DNA of 64,000 nucleotides from Candidatus Latescibacterota bacterium (GCA_965203805.1 OZ241917.1:64001-128000); one strand, 5' to 3'; positions 18,218 through 29,100 are shown, counted from the stretch's first letter. The notes: generated by a model from the sequence alone, not told the origin. Program-made: numbers and translations.

Positions 18218-19968
18218 CGAATTGCGCTCCGTTCGAGGCGTTTGCGTTGTGCCCGCGTCGCCTCGAAGTCGACGGTCCAGGTCGCCGCGTTGTAGATGAC
18301 TCCGTAGGTTTCGCTCGCGGTCCTGGGCGATACCTTTCCGTCTCTCACGTCTCTGACGACGGCATCCGGTTCCCGTTCGTGCGGGCGGCCGAAGCCCCCG
18401 CCGCCCGGGGTCTGAACGCTGACGCGGCCGCCCTTCGGAACCGTGATGCTGACTTTGGAGGGAAGGCTTTCCGCCCTGCCGTCCGGATCCAGAATGAACC
18501 GTGCGGTGCGTCCGTCCCCACCGCCCCCGAGTCCCCATGGTGGAAAACGCGTGCCGTCTGAGAGGACCGTAAAGGTGGTGTCGCAGTCCGGAAACTCAAA
18601 ATCTCTCCTGATGCCGAGGCCGCCTCGAAACCGGCCGCCGCCGCCGCTGTCGGGTATCAGGCCGTAACGGGCGAAACGGATGGGATAGTTGATTTCCACC
18701 TCCTCGACCGGGGCGTTTTCCGTATTGTGGATGGTGGTCTGGATGGCATCCGGGCCGTCTTTGGCGGGTCGGGCGCCGTTGCCGCCGCCAACGGTCTCCA
18801 TGTAGCAGTAATACGCTTTTTTTCGCGGGTCGTTACCCGCGAAACCCAGGTTGCAGATAATGGCTTTGCCGCAGGCGGGAATCCGGTCCGGCAACGCGTC
18901 GCGCAGGGAGGTGAGGGTCAGCTCCGCCGTGAGTTGCGCCAGTTCCCACGCGCCGACAACGGCTGCGGGCCACGTTGCGGTGAGCACGGTTTTGTCCGGT
19001 CCTGTCACGTCCAGGCATCGGTAGAGTCCGTCGTTGACCAGGATGCGGGGATCGATCAGGCTCTTGATGACCACCGCGATGGCCGCCAGTGTGTTTGAGC
19101 GCGTGGCGTTCAGCGGGCCTGTCTGCTGCGGCGCGGACCCGGTGACGTCCAGTCTGGCGCTTCCGTCGCGGAGTTGGACGGCAACGGCGATTTTGACCGG
19201 TTCGTCATCGAATCCGTTGTTGTCGCGATAACCCTCAGCCTTGTATACACCGGCCGGCAATGCGGCGATCTCACGCCGCGCCCAGCGCTCCGTATAATCG
19301 AGCAGTTCGTCGAAGAAGGCCTCCACCCGGCCAATGTCGTAACGGTCCATGAGTTCGGTGATGCGCCGCGCGCCCACGAGGTTTGCGCCCATCTGCGCGC
19401 GCAGGTCGCCTCCGGTTTCGTGGGGCGCGCGCACGTTTTGCAGAATGAGGCCCAGTACGTTCTCGTCGATTTTCCCCCGGCGCATAATCTTCGTGGGAGG
19501 GATGATGATGCCTTCCTGGTAGATCTCGCGGTTTACGCCCAGGCTGCAGGGCGTGCTTCCCCCCACGTCAACGTGGTGGGCCATGTTGGCCAGGTACCCG
19601 AGCCGGGACTCTCCGGCAAAGACCGGCGCGATCAGGGCGATGTCGTTCAGATGGCTGCTTCCACGGTGAGGATCGTTCAGGATCAGGCCGTCGCCGGGAT
19701 CGAGGTTCTCCGCGCCGTATTCCCGGAGCGCGTTCGGGATCGCGGTCTTCATGGATGAGAGGTGCGGCGGCTGCGAGAAGGATTGTGCGACCACCCTGAA
19801 TGAAGCATCGAAGAAGGCACACGAAAAGTCGGCCCGGGTCTTGATATTCGTGGAATACGCGGTTCGGCGAATCGTGTATGCCATCTCTTCGGTTGCGTTC
19901 AGCAGTGCGTTTTTCATCACTTCGAACGTGATGGGGTCCATGGTCAGTTGAGATGATCGATCGGACAT
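18214..19968 (-). CDS. hydantoinase/5-oxoprolinase subunit B (HyuB-like)
   Basis: DPITFEV, RTAYSTNI..ADFSCA, NDPHRGSSHLND, HHVDVGG, DSGGGGRFRGGLG, TPGGGGFG; 4-nt overlap with subunit A. Confidence 0.93.
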   Translation of the reverse strand: MSDRSSQLTMDPITFEVMKNALLNATEEMAYTIRRTAYSTNIKTRADFSCAFFDASFRVVAQSFSQPPHLSSMKTAIPNALREYGAENLDPGDGLILNDPHRGSSHLNDIALIAPVFAGESRLGYLANMAHHVDVGGSTPCSLGVNREIYQEGIIIPPTKIMRRGKIDENVLGLILQNVRAPHETGGDLRAQMGANLVGARRITELMDRYDIGRVEAFFDELLDYTERWARREIAALPAGVYKAEGYRDNNGFDDEPVKIAVAVQLRDGSARLDVTGSAPQQTGPLNATRSNTLAAIAVVIKSLIDPRILVNDGLYRCLDVTGPDKTVLTATWPAAVVGAWELAQLTAELTLTSLRDALPDRIPACGKAIICNLGFAGNDPRKKAYYCYMETVGGGNGARPAKDGPDAIQTTIHNTENAPVEEVEINYPIRFARYGLIPDSGGGGRFRGGLGIRRDFEFPDCDTTFTVLSDGTRFPPWGLGGGGDGRTARFILDPDGRAESLPSKVSITVPKGGRVSVQTPGGGGFGRPHEREPDAVVRDVRDGKVSPRTASETYGVIYNAATWTVDFEATRAQRKRLERSAIR

Positions 19969-20095
19969 GCCCGGTCTCCCTGAACGGCTTCCCCGGGAAG
20001 TAAGCGGGGGGTGAACGAAACGTGGTATGATCGGCTGCAGCGCGCTGGCGGAACCGGAAGTCAATTCGCACTTTCGCTCCGCAGGAGGTTGTTTT

Positions 20096-23000
20096 CTACG
20101 ATGCGGCGCTCTCGCCGGCTTCCCGCCCGCTGTCCGGGGCGTAAGTCTGCCTCTGCCAGTGACCCGAACCGAAGATCCGGAATCGATCCACCCCCGGATG
20201 CAGAGCTGAAAATGCGATCTCATCGCCGGCGGACAGGAGATGGGCGGCCTCGAGGCGCAGGGCGAACCGGGTGCTGATACGGGTTCCATGTTCGTCCAGA
20301 ATGTCCGCCGCAACCGGGTCGTTCAGAGGTTGGAGGAAGGCCAGGTTTCGGCCCGGTCTCACTTTGTAGACGTTCAGGTTGTCTTCCCTGCCCTGGATCA
20401 CCGGGGGCGGCTCCACCCACGCGCGGTCTGTTTCGACCGCGGTGACAAGCAGATAGCCGACGGCAAGGTGGGGAAAGCCCGTCAGGCGCAAGGTATAGGT
20501 GCCTTCAGGATTGCGCACGCAGGATTGGATGGTGTAGGCGGAGGCACGAGCGCGGTGGCGGATGGTGATGGTATTGTTCGCAAAGACACTGGGGTCCGCG
20601 ATTGCTGAGTCCGGCCGGATCGTCAGAGACTTCCCGACGTCGTCGAATCCGGTGAGCATACCTTCGAGCGTAAGGCCGGATTCGACTCGGCGGCCACCGG
20701 ATTCCGCGAATGTCCCGCCGACCAGAGCCAGCGTCCGGAGACCCTCGGCATCGAACGACGCAATGGTGAGTTCGCCGTCGCTGCGCAGTGCCCGCCCGTT
20801 ACCGGAGATTTTACAGGGTGCGCCGGAGGGGTTGCTCAGAATCAGATCCGTACCCCGGTTGTGCGTCACCTGCAGTCCGGCCGCCTCGCCGCTTTCACAT
20901 GCCAGGCGGCTGGCCCGTTCGATGAACGGGGTCTTACGGTAGGGTTCGTGGACGGCCAGAAAGGCGTTCGGGTGGCGACGGTTGCGTCGGCGGACGGTGA
21001 CCAGCTTCATCTGTTCGCCGAGGTCGCGGTTGTCCAGCCAGCGCTGCGCGGGACCGGTGCCAACGATGATCTCGGATCCGGGCGAGTCGAGCATGTGTAA
21101 TCTGAGAAAGGCTTCCGTGTCGGTTACCGGTGCGCCGTCCGGGTCCGGGTATTCGGTCACGTCGCCCCAGGTTGCCGTCCACGGCCCGTCGCTTTGACCC
21201 GTACTGAGTTGCGCAACGCGCTGTGAACCCCACATGGCGCCCGCCCGTGGGGTGCGGCGGGACGGCGTGAACGTAAAGCCGCTGTAATCGTAGAGGGATT
21301 CCGCCGGGTCGGGCCGGTCCTTGAGATCGACGCCTTCGGTCGAAAAGCGATGCCCGTTGACGTGGAATGTCCAGTCGTGCAAGTGGCCGCCGCTGACGCG
21401 GAAGAGGTCTACGACGTAGGCGTTTTCGGCGTCGCAGTCGATCAGGGCGACGGTGCGCTGGAACCGGTCGGCCCCGGGCACTGTCGCGAGCTCGTCGGCG
21501 TCCTCCTCGGCGGCGTCGATTGCCTTGAATCCGGGCAGATCCACAAAAAATCGAAGGTCTCCACGGAGGTTGTCCGTACCCATCGGGTCGCCGTCCCGCG
21601 TACGGATGGCGACGGTATTGTGGGCAGGAAAGGTCTTTATCCAGTCCACCGTCATAAAGTGGGTGGATCCCATGTAGCCGAGGTCGGTTGCCAGTTCGTG
21701 GCCTGCCGCGTAGAGCGTGAGGTTGAGAGGCGCCATGTGGTAGTGCCCGACTCGCTCCGTGTAGTCGAGTGAGAGTGTGCGGGTACGGTCTCCCTCGCCG
21801 CTGCGCAGGATGGCTTTGCGGTTCTGGCCTAACAGGTGTGAAGGAAGGGGCATTGGAAGTTTCAGCGAGACGACGGGATCGCCCTCCGGATCGATGTTCA
21901 GGTAGTCCCGGTAACCATCCGGGATGCCGCCGCCATGGATTTCTGCCAAGGCGAGCTGTTCCAGCGGCATGGCGGCTCTGATGACACAGTCTTCCCAGGA
22001 AATGGGGCGACCGTCGGGGAAGCCGGTCTTGAGATACTGACCCAGGCCGTGCTTGAAGACGGGCAGGGATAACATGTTGATCCCGTTGAGTCTCCCGTCG
22101 TAATAGGGGGCGGTCCTGTCAAATGCGCCCCGCTGGCCGTGGATGGCCACCATCACCTCTGAAATTCCCCAGCTGGTGTACGAGGGGGAGCCCTCCTTGC
22201 CCAGACCGTCCCCGGTAAAGAAATTATGCAGAAAGTAGAGGATGTCTCTGGCCACGTTTTCGATAATCCGGTCGTCGCCGACGACGCGCCCGAGTTGCAG
22301 TCTGGGCATCTGGGTAGAGGAGGAAAGGTTGTCGGCGCCTGTGACAAGCGAATAGGGATGGAGGGTGTATTCCAGAATGCCGCGTTTGAGTTTTCGGCCG
22401 CGGGCCGCCAGTTTCAATGAATCGCCTTCGACGGACGTGAGGATGCGCAGCGCCGCGGCTTTCAGGTCGGACTCGGAGTCTTCGAAGGTCCCGGCAATCA
22501 GGCTGTAACCGACCAGGAGATCCTCGGCGAGGCTGGCTTTCCAGTTCCACACACCGGGGTATATGGAAGCGCCTTTGGTGCCGTAGCGGTCTCCCGGCGC
22601 GTTCAACGGGCGTTCCGGGTCCCCCTCGATATGATCGAACGGAGCGTAAAGGCGATACCCGGGATAGGATTTCGCGGGTGTATCCTCCTCGTAGAATCCG
22701 GTCAGGCGGTCCCGCAGATTCGCTTCGGATGTTTCCAGGAGTGCGGCAAGATAGGCGTCGCCGAGGAAAGCCCTGGCAAGCGTTACGAGGACGACGCGGG
22801 CCTTGCGGGCGTGTTTGCCTGCCGTGTCGGGATCGGATCTGAGCCTTGCAGCGTGGCTGGCTTCGCCCAGGCGATGGAGTACGCGGCCGGACAACGCCCG
22901 CAGGGAATTCATCCAGCAGAGGGCCTTGAAATAAAAGGCGTTGGTCGGTTCGACGTAGCCGTGGGCCTCGCCGTCCCAATGGTCCCAGGGGATTCCATCG

Positions 23001-23488
23001 TGCGCCCGGCTCCAGTCCTCGTCGTGGTCCTCGCGCCACACCTGGTCCGTGGGAAAGCAGCCGTCTCCGTCGTCGGGGTACCGGGGGTTGGGATAGAACG
23101 CATATTCGCGGCCCTCTTCCCTGCAATACGGACAGTAGAGGCGCCGGGGATCTTCGAGGGACCAGTCGAAATAGCTGTAATACCGTACACGAAACGGGTG
23201 GATGGGGCAGGCGCAGGTATAGATGCCGCGCGGCTCCCGGTGCCAGATGGTATCCAGGTACCATGCATCGGACCTGGCGGACCACTTTTCGGCGACAGCG
23301 AGAGACTCGTTTACCCACGAACAGGCGTCCTCGTCTCCGTCTGCGTACCTTCGGCGGAATTCCTCAATGGAATGAGCGCCGATCCAGACGTTGGGCCGGT
23401 CGGGGAATTCGACCACGCGGTGACCCATGTCTTCGGGCGGGGTCCAGGACGGTTTCACGAATCGTCGATCTCCGATTGGATCCGGCAC
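20096..23488 (-). CDS. large heparinase II/III-like protein
   Basis: EGSPSY, GHYHMAPLNLTL, DLGY, AHNTVAI, YVVDLFRVSGG..HDW; N-terminal CACPIH..CPYC; start uncertain (23488 or 23428). Confidence 0.72.
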   Translation of the reverse strand: MPDPIGDRRFVKPSWTPPEDMGHRVVEFPDRPNVWIGAHSIEEFRRRYADGDEDACSWVNESLAVAEKWSARSDAWYLDTIWHREPRGIYTCACPIHPFRVRYYSYFDWSLEDPRRLYCPYCREEGREYAFYPNPRYPDDGDGCFPTDQVWREDHDEDWSRAHDGIPWDHWDGEAHGYVEPTNAFYFKALCWMNSLRALSGRVLHRLGEASHAARLRSDPDTAGKHARKARVVLVTLARAFLGDAYLAALLETSEANLRDRLTGFYEEDTPAKSYPGYRLYAPFDHIEGDPERPLNAPGDRYGTKGASIYPGVWNWKASLAEDLLVGYSLIAGTFEDSESDLKAAALRILTSVEGDSLKLAARGRKLKRGILEYTLHPYSLVTGADNLSSSTQMPRLQLGRVVGDDRIIENVARDILYFLHNFFTGDGLGKEGSPSYTSWGISEVMVAIHGQRGAFDRTAPYYDGRLNGINMLSLPVFKHGLGQYLKTGFPDGRPISWEDCVIRAAMPLEQLALAEIHGGGIPDGYRDYLNIDPEGDPVVSLKLPMPLPSHLLGQNRKAILRSGEGDRTRTLSLDYTERVGHYHMAPLNLTLYAAGHELATDLGYMGSTHFMTVDWIKTFPAHNTVAIRTRDGDPMGTDNLRGDLRFFVDLPGFKAIDAAEEDADELATVPGADRFQRTVALIDCDAENAYVVDLFRVSGGHLHDWTFHVNGHRFSTEGVDLKDRPDPAESLYDYSGFTFTPSRRTPRAGAMWGSQRVAQLSTGQSDGPWTATWGDVTEYPDPDGAPVTDTEAFLRLHMLDSPGSEIIVGTGPAQRWLDNRDLGEQMKLVTVRRRNRRHPNAFLAVHEPYRKTPFIERASRLACESGEAAGLQVTHNRGTDLILSNPSGAPCKISGNGRALRSDGELTIASFDAEGLRTLALVGGTFAESGGRRVESGLTLEGMLTGFDDVGKSLTIRPDSAIADPSVFANNTITIRHRARASAYTIQSCVRNPEGTYTLRLTGFPHLAVGYLLVTAVETDRAWVEPPPVIQGREDNLNVYKVRPGRNLAFLQPLNDPVAADILDEHGTRISTRFALRLEAAHLLSAGDEIAFSALHPGVDRFRIFGSGHWQRQTYAPDSGREAGESAAS

Positions 23489-23549
23489 AGCGCCATCGTG
23501 GGATTACGCGGAGCGAGCGGTCGCCATGCGCCGGCCGGACACGTCCGGA

Positions 23550-24839
23550 TCAATCTGCGTGACCCTCGGCGATTTGCGCGAGGCGTTGGCCGTGACCGGC
23601 AACTTTCGAAAAGGCCCCGGCAACCTGGTCCACCCACGCGGGGCTGGGGTCAACCGGCGTTGACAGCCAGAAGCCGCAATCGTGGATGCGTTCGCTGATC
23701 GGCAGGTCTCCGCGGCTGTACGGAATCCTGGCGTCGGGAGGCAGGTCGCCCCAGGGTCCGCCGAGGTCGTCGAACGGGAAATCGTTGAAGAGCGGTTCCA
23801 GGTGCATCGCACCGTAGCCGAATGGCGTGATGGCCGGGGTTGTCGCCACGCCCTCCGCCACGAGTGCCTTCAGAACGGCGGAAACCGGCGCGCCGATTTC
23901 CGCCGGATCGATAAGCCCGGTATACAGCAGGAGTCCGCCCCGTACCGCCTGCGTGTAGGGTTTCTGGGGTTGGAAGCCCCGTACGGTTTCCAGTTGGCTG
24001 TCCAGCCGACCGAACCAGGCTCGCCTTTTTTCGTTCAGTCCCGGCAGCCGTTCGAGCTGAGCGCGGGCCAGGGCGATCCCCAACGGGTTCGCCCGGTATT
24101 TGACGCCCAGGCCCATGTTGCGGAGGTCCCTGAATCTGTCGGTGACAAACGCGTTCTCGCACCGTCCGTAGTGGCCCAGGGCCAGCATCCGGTCGTAGAG
24201 GTCGCCGTCGTTGGTGACGACCACGCCCGCTTCGATCCCGGTGACCGGCTTGCTTCCCTGCAGACTGAAGCAGCCGATGTGACCGAGCGAGCCGACAGGC
24301 GCGCCGTTCCAGAGGGCGCCGTGGGCGTGCGATGCGTCTTCGATCAGCGTGATGCCGGTTCCGTCGACGAGGTCCCGGAAAGCGTCCATATGGGCGGGAT
24401 TGCCGTAGACGTGGGTCACGATGATCGCGCACGTGTTTTCCGTGATTCGACGTTTGGCGTCTCCGGGGTCCGCGCAGAAGGTATCCGGGTCCGCGTCGCA
24501 GAAGACCGGTGTCGCGCCGCAGTGCAGGATAGGCGTAATGCTGGCGTGCCACGTGACAGAAGGCACGATGACCTCTTTGCCGGTCCGGGCGCCGGAGGCG
24601 AACACCGCCGAATGCAGGGCCGCCGTGCCGTTACAGGTGGCAATGGCGAATCTTGAGCCGGTGAAGGCGCGGAATTCCTCCTGGAAGAGGTCTATCTGCG
24701 AATAGGATTCACCCATGCCGCCTTCGATTACACTCAGGACGGATTGTTTCTCCAGGCCCGTTACGGTCATCCAGCCGTCATCCTGAGACTCTGTAACCGC
24801 CCGAGGCCCGCCATCGAGCGCCAGTTTCGATTGAGACAT
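23550..24839 (-). CDS. DegT/DnrJ/EryC1/StrS PLP-dependent aminotransferase
   Basis: NGTAALH, EVIVPSVTW, THVYGNPA, IEDASHAHGA, FSLQGSKP (PLP Lys); AGGAG RBS. Confidence 0.93.
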   Translation of the reverse strand: MSQSKLALDGGPRAVTESQDDGWMTVTGLEKQSVLSVIEGGMGESYSQIDLFQEEFRAFTGSRFAIATCNGTAALHSAVFASGARTGKEVIVPSVTWHASITPILHCGATPVFCDADPDTFCADPGDAKRRITENTCAIIVTHVYGNPAHMDAFRDLVDGTGITLIEDASHAHGALWNGAPVGSLGHIGCFSLQGSKPVTGIEAGVVVTNDGDLYDRMLALGHYGRCENAFVTDRFRDLRNMGLGVKYRANPLGIALARAQLERLPGLNEKRRAWFGRLDSQLETVRGFQPQKPYTQAVRGGLLLYTGLIDPAEIGAPVSAVLKALVAEGVATTPAITPFGYGAMHLEPLFNDFPFDDLGGPWGDLPPDARIPYSRGDLPISERIHDCGFWLSTPVDPSPAWVDQVAGAFSKVAGHGQRLAQIAEGHAD

Positions 24840-24927
24840 TTCCCTTGTTCTCCTGGAATTTGATCCGTATGAAACGCCGGCGTTCCGTGATGCGGGTGCC
24901 CTGACATGGGCACGGCATTCCGCGCAG

Positions 24928-24965
24928 AAAAAAGGCCGCCTTCGCCGGATTCCCGGGAGGGCGGC
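24928..24965 (-). terminator. terminator-like hairpin in the 5' leader of the DegT operon
   Basis: On the - strand, GCCGCC..CCGG-gaat-CCGG..GGCGGC followed by CTTTTTT. Confidence 0.5.
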
Positions 24966-24986
24966 GGCAGCCGGCAGAGGTGTTCC

Positions 24987-25015
24987 ATAATAGCATGGGC
25001 GGTGGAAATTGTCAA
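24987..25015 (-). promoter_or_regulatory. sigma70-type promoter
   Basis: TTGACA-17 bp-TATTAT with an extended -10 TG, on the - strand. Confidence 0.7.
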
Positions 25016-25038
25016 AGCGGAAGGCGACCCGTCGAAGC

Positions 25039-25071
25039 TTGACAGTCCCGCCCGCGTGTGTTATATATAAT
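25039..25071 (+). promoter_or_regulatory. divergent sigma70-type promoter
   Basis: TTGACA at 25039 followed by TG-TTATATATAAT; -10 register ambiguous. Confidence 0.55.
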
Positions 25072-25104
25072 AAATCGAAGCATTCTTCCACGGGGGCCTA
25101 TCGG

Positions 25105-25605
25105 ATGATGCGATTCAGGGTGGTATTGAAGGCGATCACAATCCTGCTGGTGGGGTCGGGCGCGGGCCTCGCTTACAACGCCCTGTCCGACTCGGGCATT
25201 CCGCTTCGTACGCCCAGAAACGTGACGGCATTGGAACATGTGAACTGGAGCCTCTACCTCGAGGGCGTCCGTGCGAGTCTTGCCGACGCGAAAGCTGCGT
25301 ACGATTCCGGGACCGTTATCTTTCTGGATGCGCGCATCTCGCGGTCCTATGCAGCCGGACACATTCCGGGTGCGTTGAATCTGACGCCTCACGACGTCAA
25401 CACGGACGGCAGGGAAAAGCTAATGGGTATTCGCAGGGATGCGCAAATCATCACGTACTGCGGGGGCGCCAGATGTCAGGCCAGCGTCAAGCTGGCCCAT
25501 CTTCTGAAGCAGGGCCTGGGGTTTACGCGCGTACGGGCGTTTTTCGATGGATGGGGCGCCTGGGTGGACGCCGGTTATCCGGTAAGAAAAGGGAATGACC
25601 CATGA
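25105..25605 (+). CDS. membrane-anchored rhodanese-like protein
   Basis: N-terminal TM helix; FLDAR..YAAGHIPGALN, YCGGARC, GWGAWVDAGYPV. Confidence 0.88.
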   Translation: MMRFRVVLKAITILLVGSGAGLAYNALSDSGIPLRTPRNVTALEHVNWSLYLEGVRASLADAKAAYDSGTVIFLDARISRSYAAGHIPGALNLTPHDVNTDGREKLMGIRRDAQIITYCGGARCQASVKLAHLLKQGLGFTRVRAFFDGWGAWVDAGYPVRKGNDP

Positions 25606-26060
25606 GGTGGGCCCGGAACGGAATCCCGGTCGTTCTGCGCCTCGTGCTGGGCGGTGTGCTGGTCTGGGCCGGACTGGCCAAGGTGTCGGAACCGGCGTTG
25701 TTCGCCCTGACCGTGCGGGCGTACAACGTGCTTCCTCATGTTTTCATCAATGGTTTCGCGGTGGTCGTCCCGTGGATGGAAATCGCCGTCGGCGCGTGCC
25801 TGCTTTCGGGATTCTGGTCCCGGAGCGGCGCGCTGGCCGGGCTCGCCTTGCTCGTGTCTTTTGGTATTGCCATCACCATTAACATCTACCGTGGCGCAAA
25901 TCTGGACTGCGGCTGCTTCGGGTTGGACGGCACGCGCGGCTCACTCAATGAGGCGCTCGTGCAGGATCTCCTGCTGATCGGATGTTCGCTGGTATTGTTG
26001 TTCGTGAGACGCATGCCGTTTTCGCTGGATCGGTGGCTTTTCGAAGACGGCGATCCGTAG
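25602..26060 (+). CDS. MauE/DoxX family redox-associated membrane protein
   Basis: RLVLGGVLVWAGLAK, PWMEIAVG, DCGCFG; ATGA overlap with the rhodanese gene. Confidence 0.88.
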   Translation: MRWARNGIPVVLRLVLGGVLVWAGLAKVSEPALFALTVRAYNVLPHVFINGFAVVVPWMEIAVGACLLSGFWSRSGALAGLALLVSFGIAITINIYRGANLDCGCFGLDGTRGSLNEALVQDLLLIGCSLVLLFVRRMPFSLDRWLFEDGDP

Positions 26061-26185
26061 ACGCGGCGGCGTGTAACAAAGAACGTGTTGTCTGTTTTGG
26101 CGTTATCAGGAGCGGCGCCGTTTTGCGACGGTTCCGCCTTTCTGATTTAAGACGAAAAAAAAGACCCGTTCCAGGGTGATGACGC

Positions 26186-29100
26186 ATGAGATACGTGACC
26201 ATCGGGTTTGTCCTTATCGGATTGGCCGCAGGGTGTGAAACCCGCGTGCCTGGCCCCGGGAGCAAGGCCTATCGCAGTGCGGTCGCCGACTTCTATACCG
26301 GCCTTGCCGCCCTCGACGTGGGCGCCCGGGACCGGGCGGCCGCAGCGCTGGCACGGATGACCGAAAGCGTGCCGGGTGAACCCGCGGGTTGGGCGAACCT
26401 GGCCCTGCTGCAGTTTTCCATGGGCCGGGAGGAACAGGCGCTCAGGTCGATAGAACGCGCGCAGGGGCTTGCACCGGAAAACGGGCGTATCGCGCTACTG
26501 ATGGGGGCATTCGAGAGCCGTCGCGGCCGGACGGACGAGGCGGTCTTTCACCTTCGGCGGGCAACGACCCTGGCCGGCCCGTCCCACCTCAAAGCGGGCT
26601 ATGCGCTGGCGCGTGAGCTGGAACGGAAAGGAGACGCGCAAGAGGCGCTCGCCGTGGTGGAAGGGATGCAAGGCAAGGCGCCGCGGAATCTCGCGCTCCT
26701 GCTGGAGCGAATCAGGCTGGCGGCGAAGGCGCAGGATGCGCATGGCCTGCGGGTTTCGATTGCGCGGATCGCCGGGCGCGCCGGCGCGTGGCCGGAAACG
26801 GCGAGGGATCAGGCGCGTGCGCTCGCGAATGCGAAATCGGACTTCCGGCTTGCGGCGCGGCACGCGGCATTCCTGCACAATTCGCTGCTGCGGACGCCTT
26901 CCTTCCGCAGCGACCTGAGTCGGCTGCGTATTCCGTCACAGGCGGTGGGCGAGCCACTGCGACGGTTCCTGAAGATGCAGAGTCCGACGGCCGATTCCGC
27001 GCCCGCGGATACGGCGCTTGCGTTTGTTCCGGAAACACCCGGTAAAGCGACCGGTCTCAAAATGCTCGGCCTCGCCCCGGGGGATCCTCCGGTGGTGTTG
27101 TCCGCATCAGCGGAAACCATCCGCTGGCTGGATTCGTCCGCCCGGGCCGTCCCGTCGCCCGCATCCATGCCGTTGGGCGCCAACGGGTTGCTTTCGGTCG
27201 ACTGGAACAACGACTTCAGGCTGGATCTGGTGGCGGCGGGGGAAGGCGGCGTTCGCCTGTTTCGCCAGGAAGAGGACGGATCGCCTGCCGATGTCACGGA
27301 TCAGACCGGTCTGGACCGGAGTGTGACCGATCGGGCGTATGGAGGCGTCTGGGCCGCGGACGTCGAGATGGACGGGGACCTGGACCTGGTCCTCGGCGGA
27401 CGGCACGCATGCCGCGTATTGCGAAACAACGGGGACGGTACGTTCGGCGTTGCGCAGCCCTTTGCGGGCGTGGCGGGCGCGCGGGCCTTCGAATGGACGG
27501 ATCTCGATGGCGACGGCGTTCCCGATGCGGCCCTGGTGGACAATCGGGGTCGGCTGGTTGTGTTTATCAACGAGCGAAGCGGGTCGTTCGCGCGTACGTA
27601 TGAGAGTGATGGCGAAGTCCGCGCGCTCGCGTCCGGCGACGTGGACGGCGATGGAAGTCTGAACCTGGTGGTCCTGTACCCGGATGGACGCATCGGCGCG
27701 ATTTCGTACGAGAGCGGGCGCTGGGAAATCAGTGAACTGGTCAACACGAAGGGATACGAAAACCCGGCGCGCCTGCGTCTGGCCGATATCGACAATAACG
27801 GGCAGCTCGACCTCGTTGTCGGCGGCGTCCGCGGCGGCGGGTACTGGCTGGGCGACGCCGAAGGATCCTGGCGTCACAACGTCCTGCCGGACGGGTTTCG
27901 GCTCTTCGAGATTTCGGACATGACCCGGGACGGACGCCTGGATCTGCTCGGACTCTCTGAAGCCGGTCGAACGCAGATGCTCGTGAACCGTGGAAAACGC
28001 GACTACCACTGGCAGGTCGTCCGGCCACGGGTGCGGGCGGTCCGGGGGGACGGGAGGATCAATTCATTCGCGCTGGGCGGCGAGGTGCTGGTGCGGTCCG
28101 GGCTCCTTGCGCAGCGCCGGGCGATCAGGACGCCTGCGGTGCATTTCGGTCTGGGCGAATACGACGTGGCGAACGTGGTGCGGGTGCAGTGGCCGAACGG
28201 GACGATACAGGCGGAGTTCGACGTGGCGGCCGATCAGACGATTCTGGCTCGGCAGCGCCTGAAAGGGTCCTGTCCCTGGGTGTTCGCGTTCAATGGCGAA
28301 GAAATGGCCTTCATCAAGGACTTTCTGTGGCGTTCCCCGCTGGGGATGCGGATCAACGCTCAGGTGACGGCCGGCGTGTCTCAAACGGAGGACTGGATCC
28401 TGATCCGGGGCGATGAGCTCGCATCCCGGGACGGACACTACGACATTCGCGTTACCTCCGAACTGTGGGAGACCCAGTTCGTGGACTGGGTGGAGCTGAT
28501 GGTTGTGGACCACCCCGCGGACGTGGCCGTATTCGTGGATGAACGATTCGCAATGCGACAGCCGGAACTCAGAGTGATTCCAACGGGAATGCCCGTCGCG
28601 GTCCGTGCGGCACGGGACGAAACGGGGCGGGACGTGACGGATCGGGTTACGGCGAGAGACGGCCGTTATCTCGATACGTTCGATGTCGGGCGATACCAGG
28701 GCGTGGCCGGGGACCACTGGGTTGAAGTCGATCTGCCGCGGGCGGCCGGGAACGGCGGCGCATGGTTGATCGGGTACGGATGGATCTATCCCACCGACAG
28801 TTCGATCAACGTCGCGATGGGTCATGGCGCGCACGCGAGACCCCGGGGGCTCCGTCTGGATGCGCAGCGGGACGATGGAACCTGGGAAACCGCGGTCCCG
28901 GATCTGGGGTTCCCCGCCGGCAAGTTCAAGACGATTGCGATCGATCTGTCCGGTGTGACGTCTCCCCGGTTGCGCCTCCGGACAAATCTGGAGATCTATT
29001 GGGACTGGCTGGCGTGGGCGGAAACCGCAACCGACGCGCAGTTGCGGACCCGCCGGGTGACGTCTGAGACAGCGGTATTGAGAGGCCGCGGGTTTTCGGA

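Noticed and set aside
25602-26060. MauE as part of the methylamine pathway
   Set aside because: No mauAB/D genes; it is 14 kb from the cluster and coupled to a rhodanese gene, a generic arrangement
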